Origin: Patescibacteria group bacterium UBA4473 | GTDB lineage: Bacteria; Patescibacteriota; Gracilibacteria; UBA4473 | Direction: 5' to 3' | Length of the DNA stretch: 63,426 nucleotides | Assembly (NCBI GenBank): GCA_002389285.1 | Contig: DGOF01000029.1 | Coordinates: 1-63,426, forward strand | Part shown: positions 33,900 through 43,055 of the stretch, one piece after another | How positions within the stretch are numbered: position 1 is the stretch's first letter | How the letters are laid out: every line of letters begins with the position of its first letter | Position numbers and translations under genes: made by a program | Notes under the pieces: generated by a model | Databases searched by the model: none | Told to the model about the DNA's origin: nothing | The model's input: the letters and a program-made list of their open reading frames with translations, nothing else

Positions 33900-36677
33900 A
33901 TGAGTTTACAAAAAATTCGGAAACGCAGTGGCCAGATTGTTGATTTTGATCAGGAACGTATTCGTATCGCAATTGGCAAAGCTGCCAGTGCCAGCGGTAT
34001 TGCTGAGGGAGAATTTTTCCCCGATAGTGTTATGCACGATGTTGTGGGGTCTTTGACCGACCAGTTTGATGGTATGGAAACGGTTCCTTCTGTGGAAAAC
34101 ATTCAAGACATGGTGGAAAAGAAATTGGTGGAATTGGGGCATTTTGATATTGCGAAGTCTTATATTCTTTACCGAGCAGAACATGAACGATTGCGGGCCG
34201 AACAGAGATTGGAGGAACTTAAAAAATTAGAAAAAAATCTTCTTAAGATTGTAAAAGATGATGGGAAATCAGAAGCTTTTCAAGAACAGAAAATTCGAGT
34301 GGTACTGGCTCGAGTGGGAGCAACTTTCCCGGTTGTTGATCAGGATGCGATTCTTAAGGAAGTGAAGAAAAATATTTATGATGGCATGAAAGCGTCTGAA
34401 ATTTCAAAAGTTTTGGTGATGGTCGCTAAAAGTTTTATTGAGCGAGATCCTGGTTATTCGCTTTTTGCCTCGCGACTTCTTTTGGAGTCGGCTTATCCGG
34501 AAGTGATCAACGGAGCCCGTGCTGCACAGGCGGATTTTGAAGACGTTTATCGTACAACCTTTAAGAGCAATTTAAAGAAAGGTGTTGAAGCGGGTCGTAT
34601 TAACCCAGAAATGTTGACGTTTGATTTTACATCGATTGAAAAGGCTTTTGTTGTCGAGCGTGATCATTTGTTGCATTACTTAGGACTGCAGACGTTGTAT
34701 GACCGTTATTTTGTACATATTAATGATCAACGTATTGAGACGCCACAGTATTTTTGGATGCGAGTGGCTATGGGATTGGCGTTGAACGAAAAGAAAGAAG
34801 ACCGTGAGAGGTATGCGGTTGAGTTTTACAACATCTTGTCGACGTTACGATTTGTGAATTCTACGCCGACACTCTTTAATGCCGGAACGACACATTCACA
34901 GCTTTCGTCTTGTTTCTTATCGACGGTTGAAGACAGCCTCTCTCATATCTTTAAAGTGATTGCGGATAATGCGCAGCTTTCGAAATGGGCGGGAGGTATC
35001 GGAAACGACTGGACGAATGTACGCGCAACCGGAGCTCGGATTCATGGGACCAATGGGAAATCACAGGGAGTGATTCCGTTCTTGAAGATCGCAAATGATA
35101 CGGCCGTAGCTGTGAATCAGGGAGGAAAACGAAAAGGTGCCGTCGTTGCTTATCTAGAATGCTGGCACTATGACTACGAAGAATTTTTAGAACTTCGAAA
35201 AAACACAGGAGATGATCGCCGACGAACGCATGATATGAATACGGCATCATGGATTCCAGATCTGTTCATGAAACGATTGGCTGCGGACGGAGATTGGATG
35301 CTTTTTTCTCCGGATGAAGTGCCAGAACTCCATCACATCTACGGTCAGGCTTTTGAGGATAAATATGAGGAATATGAAAAAATGGCAGCAGAAGGAAAAA
35401 TCCTTGTCTGGAAAAAAGTAAAAGCTTCTCAGATCTGGCGTAAAATGGTCACGATGATTTTTGAAACGGGGCATCCTTGGATTACCTTTAAAGATCCTTG
35501 TAATGTTCGTTCACCGCAAGATCACGTGGGGGTGGTGCATAATTCAAATCTTTGTACGGAAATTACGCTTAATAACTCGGATGAAGAAACGGCAGTTTGT
35601 AATCTTGGATCGGTGAATTTGGCGCGTCATTTTGATGCGGAAACAAAGGACCTTGATCGGAAGAAAATGAAGGATACGATTCATACGGCGATGCGAATGC
35701 TTGATAATGTGATTGATATTAATCTTTATCCGACGAAAGAAACCGATACGTCTAACTCTCGACACCGTCCGGTGGGCATGGGGATTATGGGATTTCATGA
35801 TTTGCTCTACCAAAAAAACTTAAATTTTGATTCACAGGAAGCGGTTGATTTCTCGGATGAGCTGATGGAACTCGTGTCTTATCATGCGATCATGGGAAGT
35901 TCTCAGTTGGCCGGGGAACGAGGATCTTACTCTTCTTTCAAAGGTTCCAAATGGGATCGAGATCTTCTGCCGGTTGATACGTTAGATCTTTTGGAACAAG
36001 AGCGTGGAGAGAAGATTGAAGTATCTCGTGAGTCACGGCTGGATTGGACGAGTGTTCGAGATTCGATCAGGACCAACGGAATGCGAAACAGTAACTGTAT
36101 GGCTATTGCGCCGACCGCAACGATTGCAAATATCTCCGGGTGTGTGCCGTGTATTGAGCCGATTTATAAAAATCTCTACGTAAAATCAAATATGGGAGGG
36201 GAGTTTACGGTGATTAATAATTATCTGGTAGAAGAGCTCAAAGAACGAAACCTTTGGAGTAAAGAAATGCTTCAAAAACTTAAAGGTTGTGATGGGTCGG
36301 TCCAGGACATTTTGGAAATTCCACAGGACATTCGAGATAAATATAAAGAAGTCTTCGAGGTTGGTGCTCACTGGATCGTTCAGCATGCGGCTATGCGTGG
36401 GAAATGGATTGATCAAGCGCAATCAACGAATATCTTCTATAAAGGATCGAGTGGAAAAGAGATTTCTGATGTCTACACAATGGCGTGGAAAATGGGCCTC
36501 AAAACAACGTACTATTGCCGAACGCTTGGGGCGACTCAGGTAGAAAAATCAACCGTGAACTTGTCCGCGCAAAAAGGATCACAGCATGGTGATGAGGCGA
36601 AAAAAAAAGACTACACAGAAGCAGAAAAAGTAGTATGTTCTATTATGAATGGTGATCAGTGTGAAGCGTGCCAATAA
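33900..36677 (+). CDS. nrdA: Class I ribonucleotide reductase alpha subunit with two N-terminal ATP-cones
   Basis: IRKRSGQIVDFD and IVKDDGKSEAF cones; TPTLFNAG, QLSSC, SNLCTEI, AIAPTATI, LKTTYY and C-terminal CEACQ; start placed at MSLQK. Confidence 0.96.
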   Translation: MSLQKIRKRSGQIVDFDQERIRIAIGKAASASGIAEGEFFPDSVMHDVVGSLTDQFDGMETVPSVENIQDMVEKKLVELGHFDIAKSYILYRAEHERLRAEQRLEELKKLEKNLLKIVKDDGKSEAFQEQKIRVVLARVGATFPVVDQDAILKEVKKNIYDGMKASEISKVLVMVAKSFIERDPGYSLFASRLLLESAYPEVINGARAAQADFEDVYRTTFKSNLKKGVEAGRINPEMLTFDFTSIEKAFVVERDHLLHYLGLQTLYDRYFVHINDQRIETPQYFWMRVAMGLALNEKKEDRERYAVEFYNILSTLRFVNSTPTLFNAGTTHSQLSSCFLSTVEDSLSHIFKVIADNAQLSKWAGGIGNDWTNVRATGARIHGTNGKSQGVIPFLKIANDTAVAVNQGGKRKGAVVAYLECWHYDYEEFLELRKNTGDDRRRTHDMNTASWIPDLFMKRLAADGDWMLFSPDEVPELHHIYGQAFEDKYEEYEKMAAEGKILVWKKVKASQIWRKMVTMIFETGHPWITFKDPCNVRSPQDHVGVVHNSNLCTEITLNNSDEETAVCNLGSVNLARHFDAETKDLDRKKMKDTIHTAMRMLDNVIDINLYPTKETDTSNSRHRPVGMGIMGFHDLLYQKNLNFDSQEAVDFSDELMELVSYHAIMGSSQLAGERGSYSSFKGSKWDRDLLPVDTLDLLEQERGEKIEVSRESRLDWTSVRDSIRTNGMRNSNCMAIAPTATIANISGCVPCIEPIYKNLYVKSNMGGEFTVINNYLVEELKERNLWSKEMLQKLKGCDGSVQDILEIPQDIRDKYKEVFEVGAHWIVQHAAMRGKWIDQAQSTNIFYKGSSGKEISDVYTMAWKMGLKTTYYCRTLGATQVEKSTVNLSAQKGSQHGDEAKKKDYTEAEKVVCSIMNGDQCEACQ

Positions 36678-36709
36678 AAATATATAAATCTTAACTTTCT
36701 ATAAAAAAA

Positions 36710-37723
36710 ATGTCAGACGAGAATAAAAAAAAGACCATCTTAAATTGTTCATCGACCGATCCAAACAAGATTTTTCCGATGAAATACAAATGGGCACGAC
36801 AGCACTACAAAGATGGTGTGGCCAATAATTGGGTGCCGGAAGAAGTGTCGATGCAACGTGATATTGAGCTTTGGAAATCAAGAGATGGTTTGTCGGAAGA
36901 TGAACGACGTATGGTCATGTGGAATCTTGGATTTTTCTCGACGGCAGAAAGTTTGACGGCGAATAACATTGTCTTGGCGATTTACCGGCATGTGACGAAT
37001 CCTGAATGTCGGCAGTACATGCTGCGGCAGGCCTACGAAGAAGCGGTGCATACGGAGACTTTTATTTACTGCTGTGATAGCTTGAATCTTGATCCTGAGG
37101 AAGTCTACAACATGTATGAGACCATCCCTTCGATTCATGAAAAAGATGAATTTGTGGTTAAAATGACGGAGTCTATTTTTGATCCAGAATTTAAAACAGA
37201 CAGTACGGAAAATGTTCAAAAATTTGTACATGATCTTGTGGGATATTATGTCATCATGGAAGGAATCTTCTTCTACGCCGGGTTTGCGATGATGCTTTCG
37301 ATGCTTCGAAATAATAAAATGGTGGGAGTGGGGGAGCAGTTTCAGTACATATTGCGAGATGAGTCTGTGCATTTGTCTTTTGGATCCGACCTCATCAATG
37401 AAATTGTGAAAGAAAATCCAGAGATCTGGACGGACGAGTTCAAGGCAACGATTGCTGAAAATATTAAAAAAGCCGTTGAGCTTGAGTGTGCGTATGCTGA
37501 TGATGCGTTGCCCCGAGGTATTTTGGGACTGCGTCCTGATGTCGTGAGTCAGTATGTGCGGCATGTTGCCGATCGACGACTTGAGCGCATTAATCTTAAA
37601 CCGGTGTACGGTGATGAGAATCCTTTCCCGTGGATGAGTGAGATTATTGATCTGTCTAAAGAAAAAAACTTCTTCGAGTCTCGTGTGACGGAGTACCAGC
37701 AGGGTGGAAGTTTGGGCTGGTAG
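36710..37723 (+). CDS. nrdB: Class I ribonucleotide reductase beta subunit
   Basis: WVPEEVSM, EEAVH, EGIFFYAGF, RDESVH, NFFESRVTEY. Confidence 0.95.
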   Translation: MSDENKKKTILNCSSTDPNKIFPMKYKWARQHYKDGVANNWVPEEVSMQRDIELWKSRDGLSEDERRMVMWNLGFFSTAESLTANNIVLAIYRHVTNPECRQYMLRQAYEEAVHTETFIYCCDSLNLDPEEVYNMYETIPSIHEKDEFVVKMTESIFDPEFKTDSTENVQKFVHDLVGYYVIMEGIFFYAGFAMMLSMLRNNKMVGVGEQFQYILRDESVHLSFGSDLINEIVKENPEIWTDEFKATIAENIKKAVELECAYADDALPRGILGLRPDVVSQYVRHVADRRLERINLKPVYGDENPFPWMSEIIDLSKEKNFFESRVTEYQQGGSLGW

Positions 37724-37760
37724 TATATACTCGAATATATATTCGAATATATATAGTGAA

Positions 37761-37788
37761 AGACCCCGCCGCAGTTGCGACGGGGTCT
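37761..37788. terminator. Hairpin between convergent nrdB and the downstream gene
   Basis: AGACCCCGCCGC-AGTT-GCGACGGGGTCT; no clear U-tract. Confidence 0.55.
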
Positions 37789-37809
37789 GACACGATGCGG
37801 TGCGGGGTA

Positions 37810-38487
37810 TCACTTCTTTTTGACCACCGTTGCCGTCACGATTTCTTTGACGGCGGGGACGATGCGCTGATACGGAGGCTTGGGTTCTTCGAACTTTACC
37901 TCTGTTTTTACGGGATCGCCCCATGCAAGCGTCCATTCTTTGTCGGGAACGACGAGTTCCAGCAGTGCGAGGGGATTGATTTTTCCCTCCATGGATCCCT
38001 CTTCGTTGAGGGTGGTAATTGTGATTTCTATGGCCGGTGGATTTGGCATGGCGATTGTGACGGAGCGTACAAAGTGCAGAGGCTCATTTTTTGGTAGGTC
38101 AAACTGCGCAATGAGTCCGCCATCATAGGCCATGTGCATCCGTTTCTTCTGGGGGATGGTTTTCCCCGGATCAAGGAACCCGAGAATAGCCGCGAAGGCC
38201 ATTTTTTCGTCAGGGACGGGATCGGTTTCGATCTCGAAGACGCCGATTTCCTGAGGGTTCCCCCGCAATCCTGTTGGACGGAAGTTGATCAGAATCTCGA
38301 TGGGGACTTTCCGTTGAGGGATGAGTACGGTTATGGGCTTGCTGAAGGCAATACTGATCCCGCTATTGCCCCCAAGTATTCGGATGGGCCGAGATTCCAC
38401 TGGATTGGGTTTGTCTTCTTCGGCGGCGAAGGCCGGTCCAAAGAAGCTCAACATGACCATGATGTAGGTTGTGATTGAGTGTTTCAT
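37810..38487 (-). CDS. Secreted hypothetical protein
   Basis: Signal peptide ending AFA; preceded by AGGAG; beta-rich. Confidence 0.7.
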   Translation of the reverse strand: MKHSITTYIMVMLSFFGPAFAAEEDKPNPVESRPIRILGGNSGISIAFSKPITVLIPQRKVPIEILINFRPTGLRGNPQEIGVFEIETDPVPDEKMAFAAILGFLDPGKTIPQKKRMHMAYDGGLIAQFDLPKNEPLHFVRSVTIAMPNPPAIEITITTLNEEGSMEGKINPLALLELVVPDKEWTLAWGDPVKTEVKFEEPKPPYQRIVPAVKEIVTATVVKKK

Positions 38488-38633
38488 ACTGAGCGCTCCT
38501 TATGATTGCGCGTTATGGGTTGTGTGATATTGCACCGATCGTGTAAAAGAACGTTCTCTGACGTTCTTCGATCAAGTAGATAAACAACATCAAGAGATGC
38601 TGTTTATATAGTTGTTTTTTTAAGCAAGTCAAT

Positions 38634-39446
38634 CTAGAGCTCTATTTCAATGCCTCCGGTATCATCGAGTTCTTTTTCAACCCGAATGCCGTGCGTCGGT
38701 GGGGTAGATGGTTTTGCATCTCCTTGATGGCGTAACCAGGAAAAAACTTTGTTTCGTTCTGGCGGGGGAGTGTTTTTTTCTGGGGAGGCTGTTTTTTTTG
38801 TAGGGGTAGCAGCCGGACTGTTTTGTTGTTGCAGGCCGCCTCCAGCTACATGAGACTGAACGAGTCCTGTTAATATTTCTTTGAGAGACCCTTCTTCTGT
38901 TTTTTGTTTGAAGTCCACCATGTCTTCACGGAAGGCTTCGAGGAGGGCGGCTGTTCGGTGTGGGTGGGAGACGTCTTTAAAAGAGATAAGTTCTCCACCG
39001 TTTACTTTTTGGAAATGAAGCGTTCCATAGTTGTGAAAAAAAGCAGCGATTCCTATTTTTTCGACTTGGATTTCATCGATGTTCCAGTAATCAATACGCG
39101 TGACCGTTCTTTGAAAAGGCTTGGGCCATTCTAAGAGAAGGATATTGAGATCGGTTACCAGCATGGCGTTACGATACCAGGCATAAAAAATATCGAGGGC
39201 TTTTCCGAATCCCACCAGTCCGATTCCAGCTGCGATCGGCCAGTATTCTCCGGGGAGAAAAAACCAGGCCAAAAAGGAACCCGCACTCGCAAGGGCTAGG
39301 TATCCGGTCATTTTTCGCATAGAAAAAAAGAAAGTTTGGCGAAAGACTCTCAGCACCTGTTCATTCTCTTCTAAAAGGCCCCCAAATCCGATGGCCCGAG
39401 GTCGCCAAGAGCTAATGCGTTGAGATTTGACATCAATTTTTTTCAT
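38634..39446 (-). CDS. Membrane protein with bacterial PH (bPH_2-like) domain
   Basis: Two TM helices followed by WYRNAMLVTD...IDYWNIDEIQVEK.G...NYGTL. Confidence 0.7.
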   Translation of the reverse strand: MKKIDVKSQRISSWRPRAIGFGGLLEENEQVLRVFRQTFFFSMRKMTGYLALASAGSFLAWFFLPGEYWPIAAGIGLVGFGKALDIFYAWYRNAMLVTDLNILLLEWPKPFQRTVTRIDYWNIDEIQVEKIGIAAFFHNYGTLHFQKVNGGELISFKDVSHPHRTAALLEAFREDMVDFKQKTEEGSLKEILTGLVQSHVAGGGLQQQNSPAATPTKKTASPEKNTPPPERNKVFSWLRHQGDAKPSTPPTHGIRVEKELDDTGGIEIEL

Positions 39447-39543
39447 ACGCTCTTAGTCTAGAGAGTGCAGCGAAAAGAGAAAAGGGAAAAGATGTGAAAT
39501 TTAAGATTGGAAATTTAAGAAGAGTTTCTTTACACTTCAGGGG

Positions 39544-40194
39544 ATGTTTAAAGAGAAAGATCAAAGTTGGCCGAGTTTCTTCTTGGAAATGGTAATTATA
39601 ATTAGTGTGGTCTTATTTATTCGTTTTTATGTGTTTCAGTTTTTTCGTGTGCATGGTGTTTCCATGTGTCCAACGTTGAATTTTGTGGAGGATAAATGTC
39701 GAGATGGGAAAGGGGAGTTTATTTTTGTGAATGAATTTCTTTATCATTTTCGGAGAGATCCACAGCGGGGAGAGATTGTAGTGTTTCGTCCACCCATCGG
39801 AGAAAAACATTACATCAAACGTGTTATTGGCGTACCAGGTGATACGATTGATGTGCGACATGGGAAGGTTTTTCTGAGTAATGATGAATATCATCAACAA
39901 CTGTTAGATGAACCCTATTTATCGCTTAAAAACAGAGGGAGAACGCTTTCTCAGCGTGAAACATTTGAGGTTCCAGAGGGGCATTATGTGTTGTTTGGTG
40001 ATAATCGACAGAAGAGTCTTGATTCACGCTATTGCTTTAGTGCTTGTGACGGAAGAGCGACGCCATTTGTTCCGAAGAAAAACATTCGAGGGCGGTCAGA
40101 ATTTGTTATTTGGCCCTTGGATCGATTGCGTTGGTTGACCGAAGAGTTGTTCGAAGAAAATGAAGAGGAATCTTCTGCAATAGAAGGTTCTTGA
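39544..40194 (+). CDS. lepB: Signal peptidase I
   Basis: GVSMCPTL (catalytic Ser), YIKRVIGVPGD (Lys), GDNRQKSLDSR. Confidence 0.95.
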   Translation: MFKEKDQSWPSFFLEMVIIISVVLFIRFYVFQFFRVHGVSMCPTLNFVEDKCRDGKGEFIFVNEFLYHFRRDPQRGEIVVFRPPIGEKHYIKRVIGVPGDTIDVRHGKVFLSNDEYHQQLLDEPYLSLKNRGRTLSQRETFEVPEGHYVLFGDNRQKSLDSRYCFSACDGRATPFVPKKNIRGRSEFVIWPLDRLRWLTEELFEENEEESSAIEGS

Positions 40195-40243
40195 CCTGCT
40201 TGGGTTGGAATCTACAATGGTCGGGCTTTTTAGCTTTTTTAAT

Positions 40244-41416
40244 ATGAAAAAATTTATTCTGGCATTCGTGGTTGGTGTGTTTAGTGTGGGATCTTCTTTT
40301 GCGGCCGATATTCAAGATCTTAAAGTGTTAACGACGGGGTCAGAAACTGTTATTCAGTGGACGGCACTTGCGGAGGAATCGCTTTTTGGAGTGGATGGAT
40401 ATGCTTTGCAGTGGAGTGATAGTCAGACCGAGATTGCGAATGACAAAGCGGCTCGTCAGTTTTTGCAATCATCTCAGTCAAGTTTGGCGATTCGTTCTGC
40501 CGGATTGGAATATAATAGAGAATATTATTTTCGGGTGTACACGTATCGAAAAGAGGGACGGAAAACAATTTTGGGAAATGGTTCTCAAATTTTAAAATGG
40601 AAAAAGCTTTTTAACGGAGAGGTTGAAACTAATTATTTCGATGCGAGTGATGCAAATGTATCAGAAGCCGTGACATCTGGTGCGAACGAAGAGTTTGGAC
40701 ATGTTCGTGTGACGCGATATGACACGTATGCGGTTTTCGCATGGTCTCGTCCGAATCTTGCCAGTAGTGAATATGATGGATTCTCACTTGTGATGGCCTC
40801 AGGAAATAATTTTTCAAATCCATTGGTAACAACGTATACAGGAAAGAATGATTTCAAAGGTCGTATTAATGGTCTTACCCCGGCTACGGAATATTACGTA
40901 CGGGGATACTTTTATAAGACGACAGCCGGAGAAAAAGTTTTATTTGGGGCTGGAAATGTTAAATCGTTCAAAACATCGGCGAAGTTTACCGAGGCACAGC
41001 TCGCTCGGATGGATCGTCTCCGAAAGATGGGGCGTGTAAAAGATCGTGTTTCCCCAACGGCAACTGTGTGGCTCCCCGGGACAGAGGAATCGGCAACGGC
41101 TGCAGCGACCACTACTACGACAACAACAAGCACTTCTTCATCGACCGCAACCGCTTCTTCAACCGGGATGAAAGGGGCTTCTCGTGATCAGGTCAAGGCT
41201 CGTATTTCAGAAGTTGAAAAACAAATTCGAACGCTTCAGGTAGAACTTCGACGATTGCAAACGGATCTTCGAAAGGCTTCGGGGACGAGTGCTTCTCGGG
41301 CGAGTTCTAGGACGACGAGTCGTCGAACATCTTCTTCTGCGTCGACATCTCGATCGAGTCGAACCTCATCGCGTGAATCACTTGTGGAGAGATTAAAGCG
41401 ATTACGATCACGATGA
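40244..41416 (+). CDS. Secreted fibronectin type III repeat protein with Thr/Ser linker and basic coiled-coil tail
   Basis: Signal peptide; two FN3-like units (GLEYNREYYFRVY; GLTPATEYYVRGY); poly-T/S linker. Confidence 0.75.
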   Translation: MKKFILAFVVGVFSVGSSFAADIQDLKVLTTGSETVIQWTALAEESLFGVDGYALQWSDSQTEIANDKAARQFLQSSQSSLAIRSAGLEYNREYYFRVYTYRKEGRKTILGNGSQILKWKKLFNGEVETNYFDASDANVSEAVTSGANEEFGHVRVTRYDTYAVFAWSRPNLASSEYDGFSLVMASGNNFSNPLVTTYTGKNDFKGRINGLTPATEYYVRGYFYKTTAGEKVLFGAGNVKSFKTSAKFTEAQLARMDRLRKMGRVKDRVSPTATVWLPGTEESATAAATTTTTTTSTSSSTATASSTGMKGASRDQVKARISEVEKQIRTLQVELRRLQTDLRKASGTSASRASSRTTSRRTSSSASTSRSSRTSSRESLVERLKRLRSR

Positions 41417-41443
41417 TCTCGTTAATTTTGACTTTTTATTCCT

Positions 41444-42235
41444 ATGAAAAAATTATTATTACTGGCTTCGGTGTTTTTTGTTTTTCCGGTAGCGGCTCAA
41501 GAAGTTTGTACGGAGTCGATTGTTTATGCGGTGGGATCGGATGGACAGTGTGAAACTTTTAAAAATTCTTGCGTGGTTCCAGATGACTGGAAAACAGTGC
41601 CTTCTTGTGAATCGGTGCGTCCGAAGCGTTTTGGGCGAAGTCCTGATGAATTAGCGAAGCTTCGGGCACAGGGGCGAGCCCGTTCGATGCGTTCAAAACG
41701 ACGTATGCAGGACAAGAAGCCGGAAAGAAGAAGTAATAATACTTACTCCCGAGCGGGACGTGGGAAGTTTATGTCCAGAACAGGTGCCGAACGTCGTGTC
41801 CGTTCAAAAAAGGATGAATCAGCCCCGAAGGGAAAAGTTAGAGGACGTTCGATGCCGAAGTTTGGAAATGCTAAAGCTTATTCACGTTATAAAAAAACAC
41901 TCAATCGTGGAGGATTCAAGGTCGAGGGTGACCAAACGGCAAGGGAAATATTTAAGGAGAAGAAAGCGAAATGGGGATCGAATCGTCCGAATCTTCGAGC
42001 TCGTACGGATGTGATTCGGGAGGGGTATTTGAAAAATGAACCGGACTTTCAAGAGCGACAAAAGAATCGCATGAAAACTCTTGGCGGACGGAAGAATGCG
42101 GCAACGCATTTTGCAGAGCTTCGTCGCAAGAGACGAGAAGCTCTGGGGCCTAAAACACCTCGATCGGCACGGCTCAAACGTCGTTGGACTGGGGATCGTT
42201 TGGAAGGAGATTTAAATCAGCGTCTTCGAGACTAG
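41444..42235 (+). CDS. Secreted Arg/Lys-rich hypothetical protein with N-terminal four-Cys module
   Basis: Signal peptide, CTESIVYA..GQCETFKNSCVVPDDWKTVPSC, followed by a very basic region. Confidence 0.7.
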   Translation: MKKLLLLASVFFVFPVAAQEVCTESIVYAVGSDGQCETFKNSCVVPDDWKTVPSCESVRPKRFGRSPDELAKLRAQGRARSMRSKRRMQDKKPERRSNNTYSRAGRGKFMSRTGAERRVRSKKDESAPKGKVRGRSMPKFGNAKAYSRYKKTLNRGGFKVEGDQTAREIFKEKKAKWGSNRPNLRARTDVIREGYLKNEPDFQERQKNRMKTLGGRKNAATHFAELRRKRREALGPKTPRSARLKRRWTGDRLEGDLNQRLRD

Positions 42236-42238
42236 TTT

Positions 42239-42991
42239 ATGCCATCAGATTTTATTGATATTTTCGGTGTTAAAACGCACTTTGTTTCTCATGGAAAAGG
42301 GGAGCGGGTGTTGGTATTTTTGCACGGTTGGGGGGGAAGTGTGGAAAGTTTTGAGAAGCTTTCTGAAAACCTTGATTATAAGATTATTATTCCGGATATG
42401 CCCGGGTTTGGGCTATCCGGTATGCCGGATTCAAAAGGTTGGGATACGCATGATTATGAAGCTTGGTTGGAAGCATTTTTAAAAAAACTAAATATTCAGA
42501 AGGCTTGTTTTTACGGGCATAGTTTTGGGTGCAGAGTGCTCGTGCGATTGCTCTTAAAGCGTCCAGAATTAGCCGAAAAAGTGATTTTAACCGGCGCCGC
42601 CGGTATCAAGTGGCCGTTAAGTTTTCGACAGCGGGTGGCGAAATTCATCAGTGTTCTGAAAATAAAAAAGATTATTCCGGAAAAAATACAGCTGTTCATT
42701 AAGCGTAAGATTTTTAAGGCGCATGATTGGGCCGATGCGCATCCTGAGATTAAGCCCACGTTACAAAAAGTTGTAGAGGAGCCAGATTTCCGAGAGGAGC
42801 TTGTCAAAATACGAACACAAATTTTACTCATCTGGGGAGCTCGTGATACTCTGACACCTATTAAATCAGCACATGTGTATGAGGAAAATTTGCAGAATGT
42901 GACCCTCGCGATTCTTCCAGAAGGCCGGCATGGGATTCATCATACGCATACCGAAGAGATAGCAGGATTGGTGGATCGGTTTTTGGAATGA
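42239..42991 (+). CDS. Alpha/beta hydrolase
   Basis: FLHGWGG, PDMPGFG, GHSFG nucleophile elbow, IWGARD, GRH. Confidence 0.9.
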   Translation: MPSDFIDIFGVKTHFVSHGKGERVLVFLHGWGGSVESFEKLSENLDYKIIIPDMPGFGLSGMPDSKGWDTHDYEAWLEAFLKKLNIQKACFYGHSFGCRVLVRLLLKRPELAEKVILTGAAGIKWPLSFRQRVAKFISVLKIKKIIPEKIQLFIKRKIFKAHDWADAHPEIKPTLQKVVEEPDFREELVKIRTQILLIWGARDTLTPIKSAHVYEENLQNVTLAILPEGRHGIHHTHTEEIAGLVDRFLE

Positions 42992-43055
42992 TATTTGACT
43001 TCGGTGATAAAAAGCGTAAAAAGGGGACAAAAAAATTTTTAGCCCCATTTATATC

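Noticed and set aside
36878..37936. 352-aa antisense ORF over nrdB, and similar long shadow ORFs (9123-9983, 5254-5949, 17730-18416, 21610-22212)
   Set aside because: They lie antisense to well-supported genes and have no motifs; consistent with codon-bias shadows.
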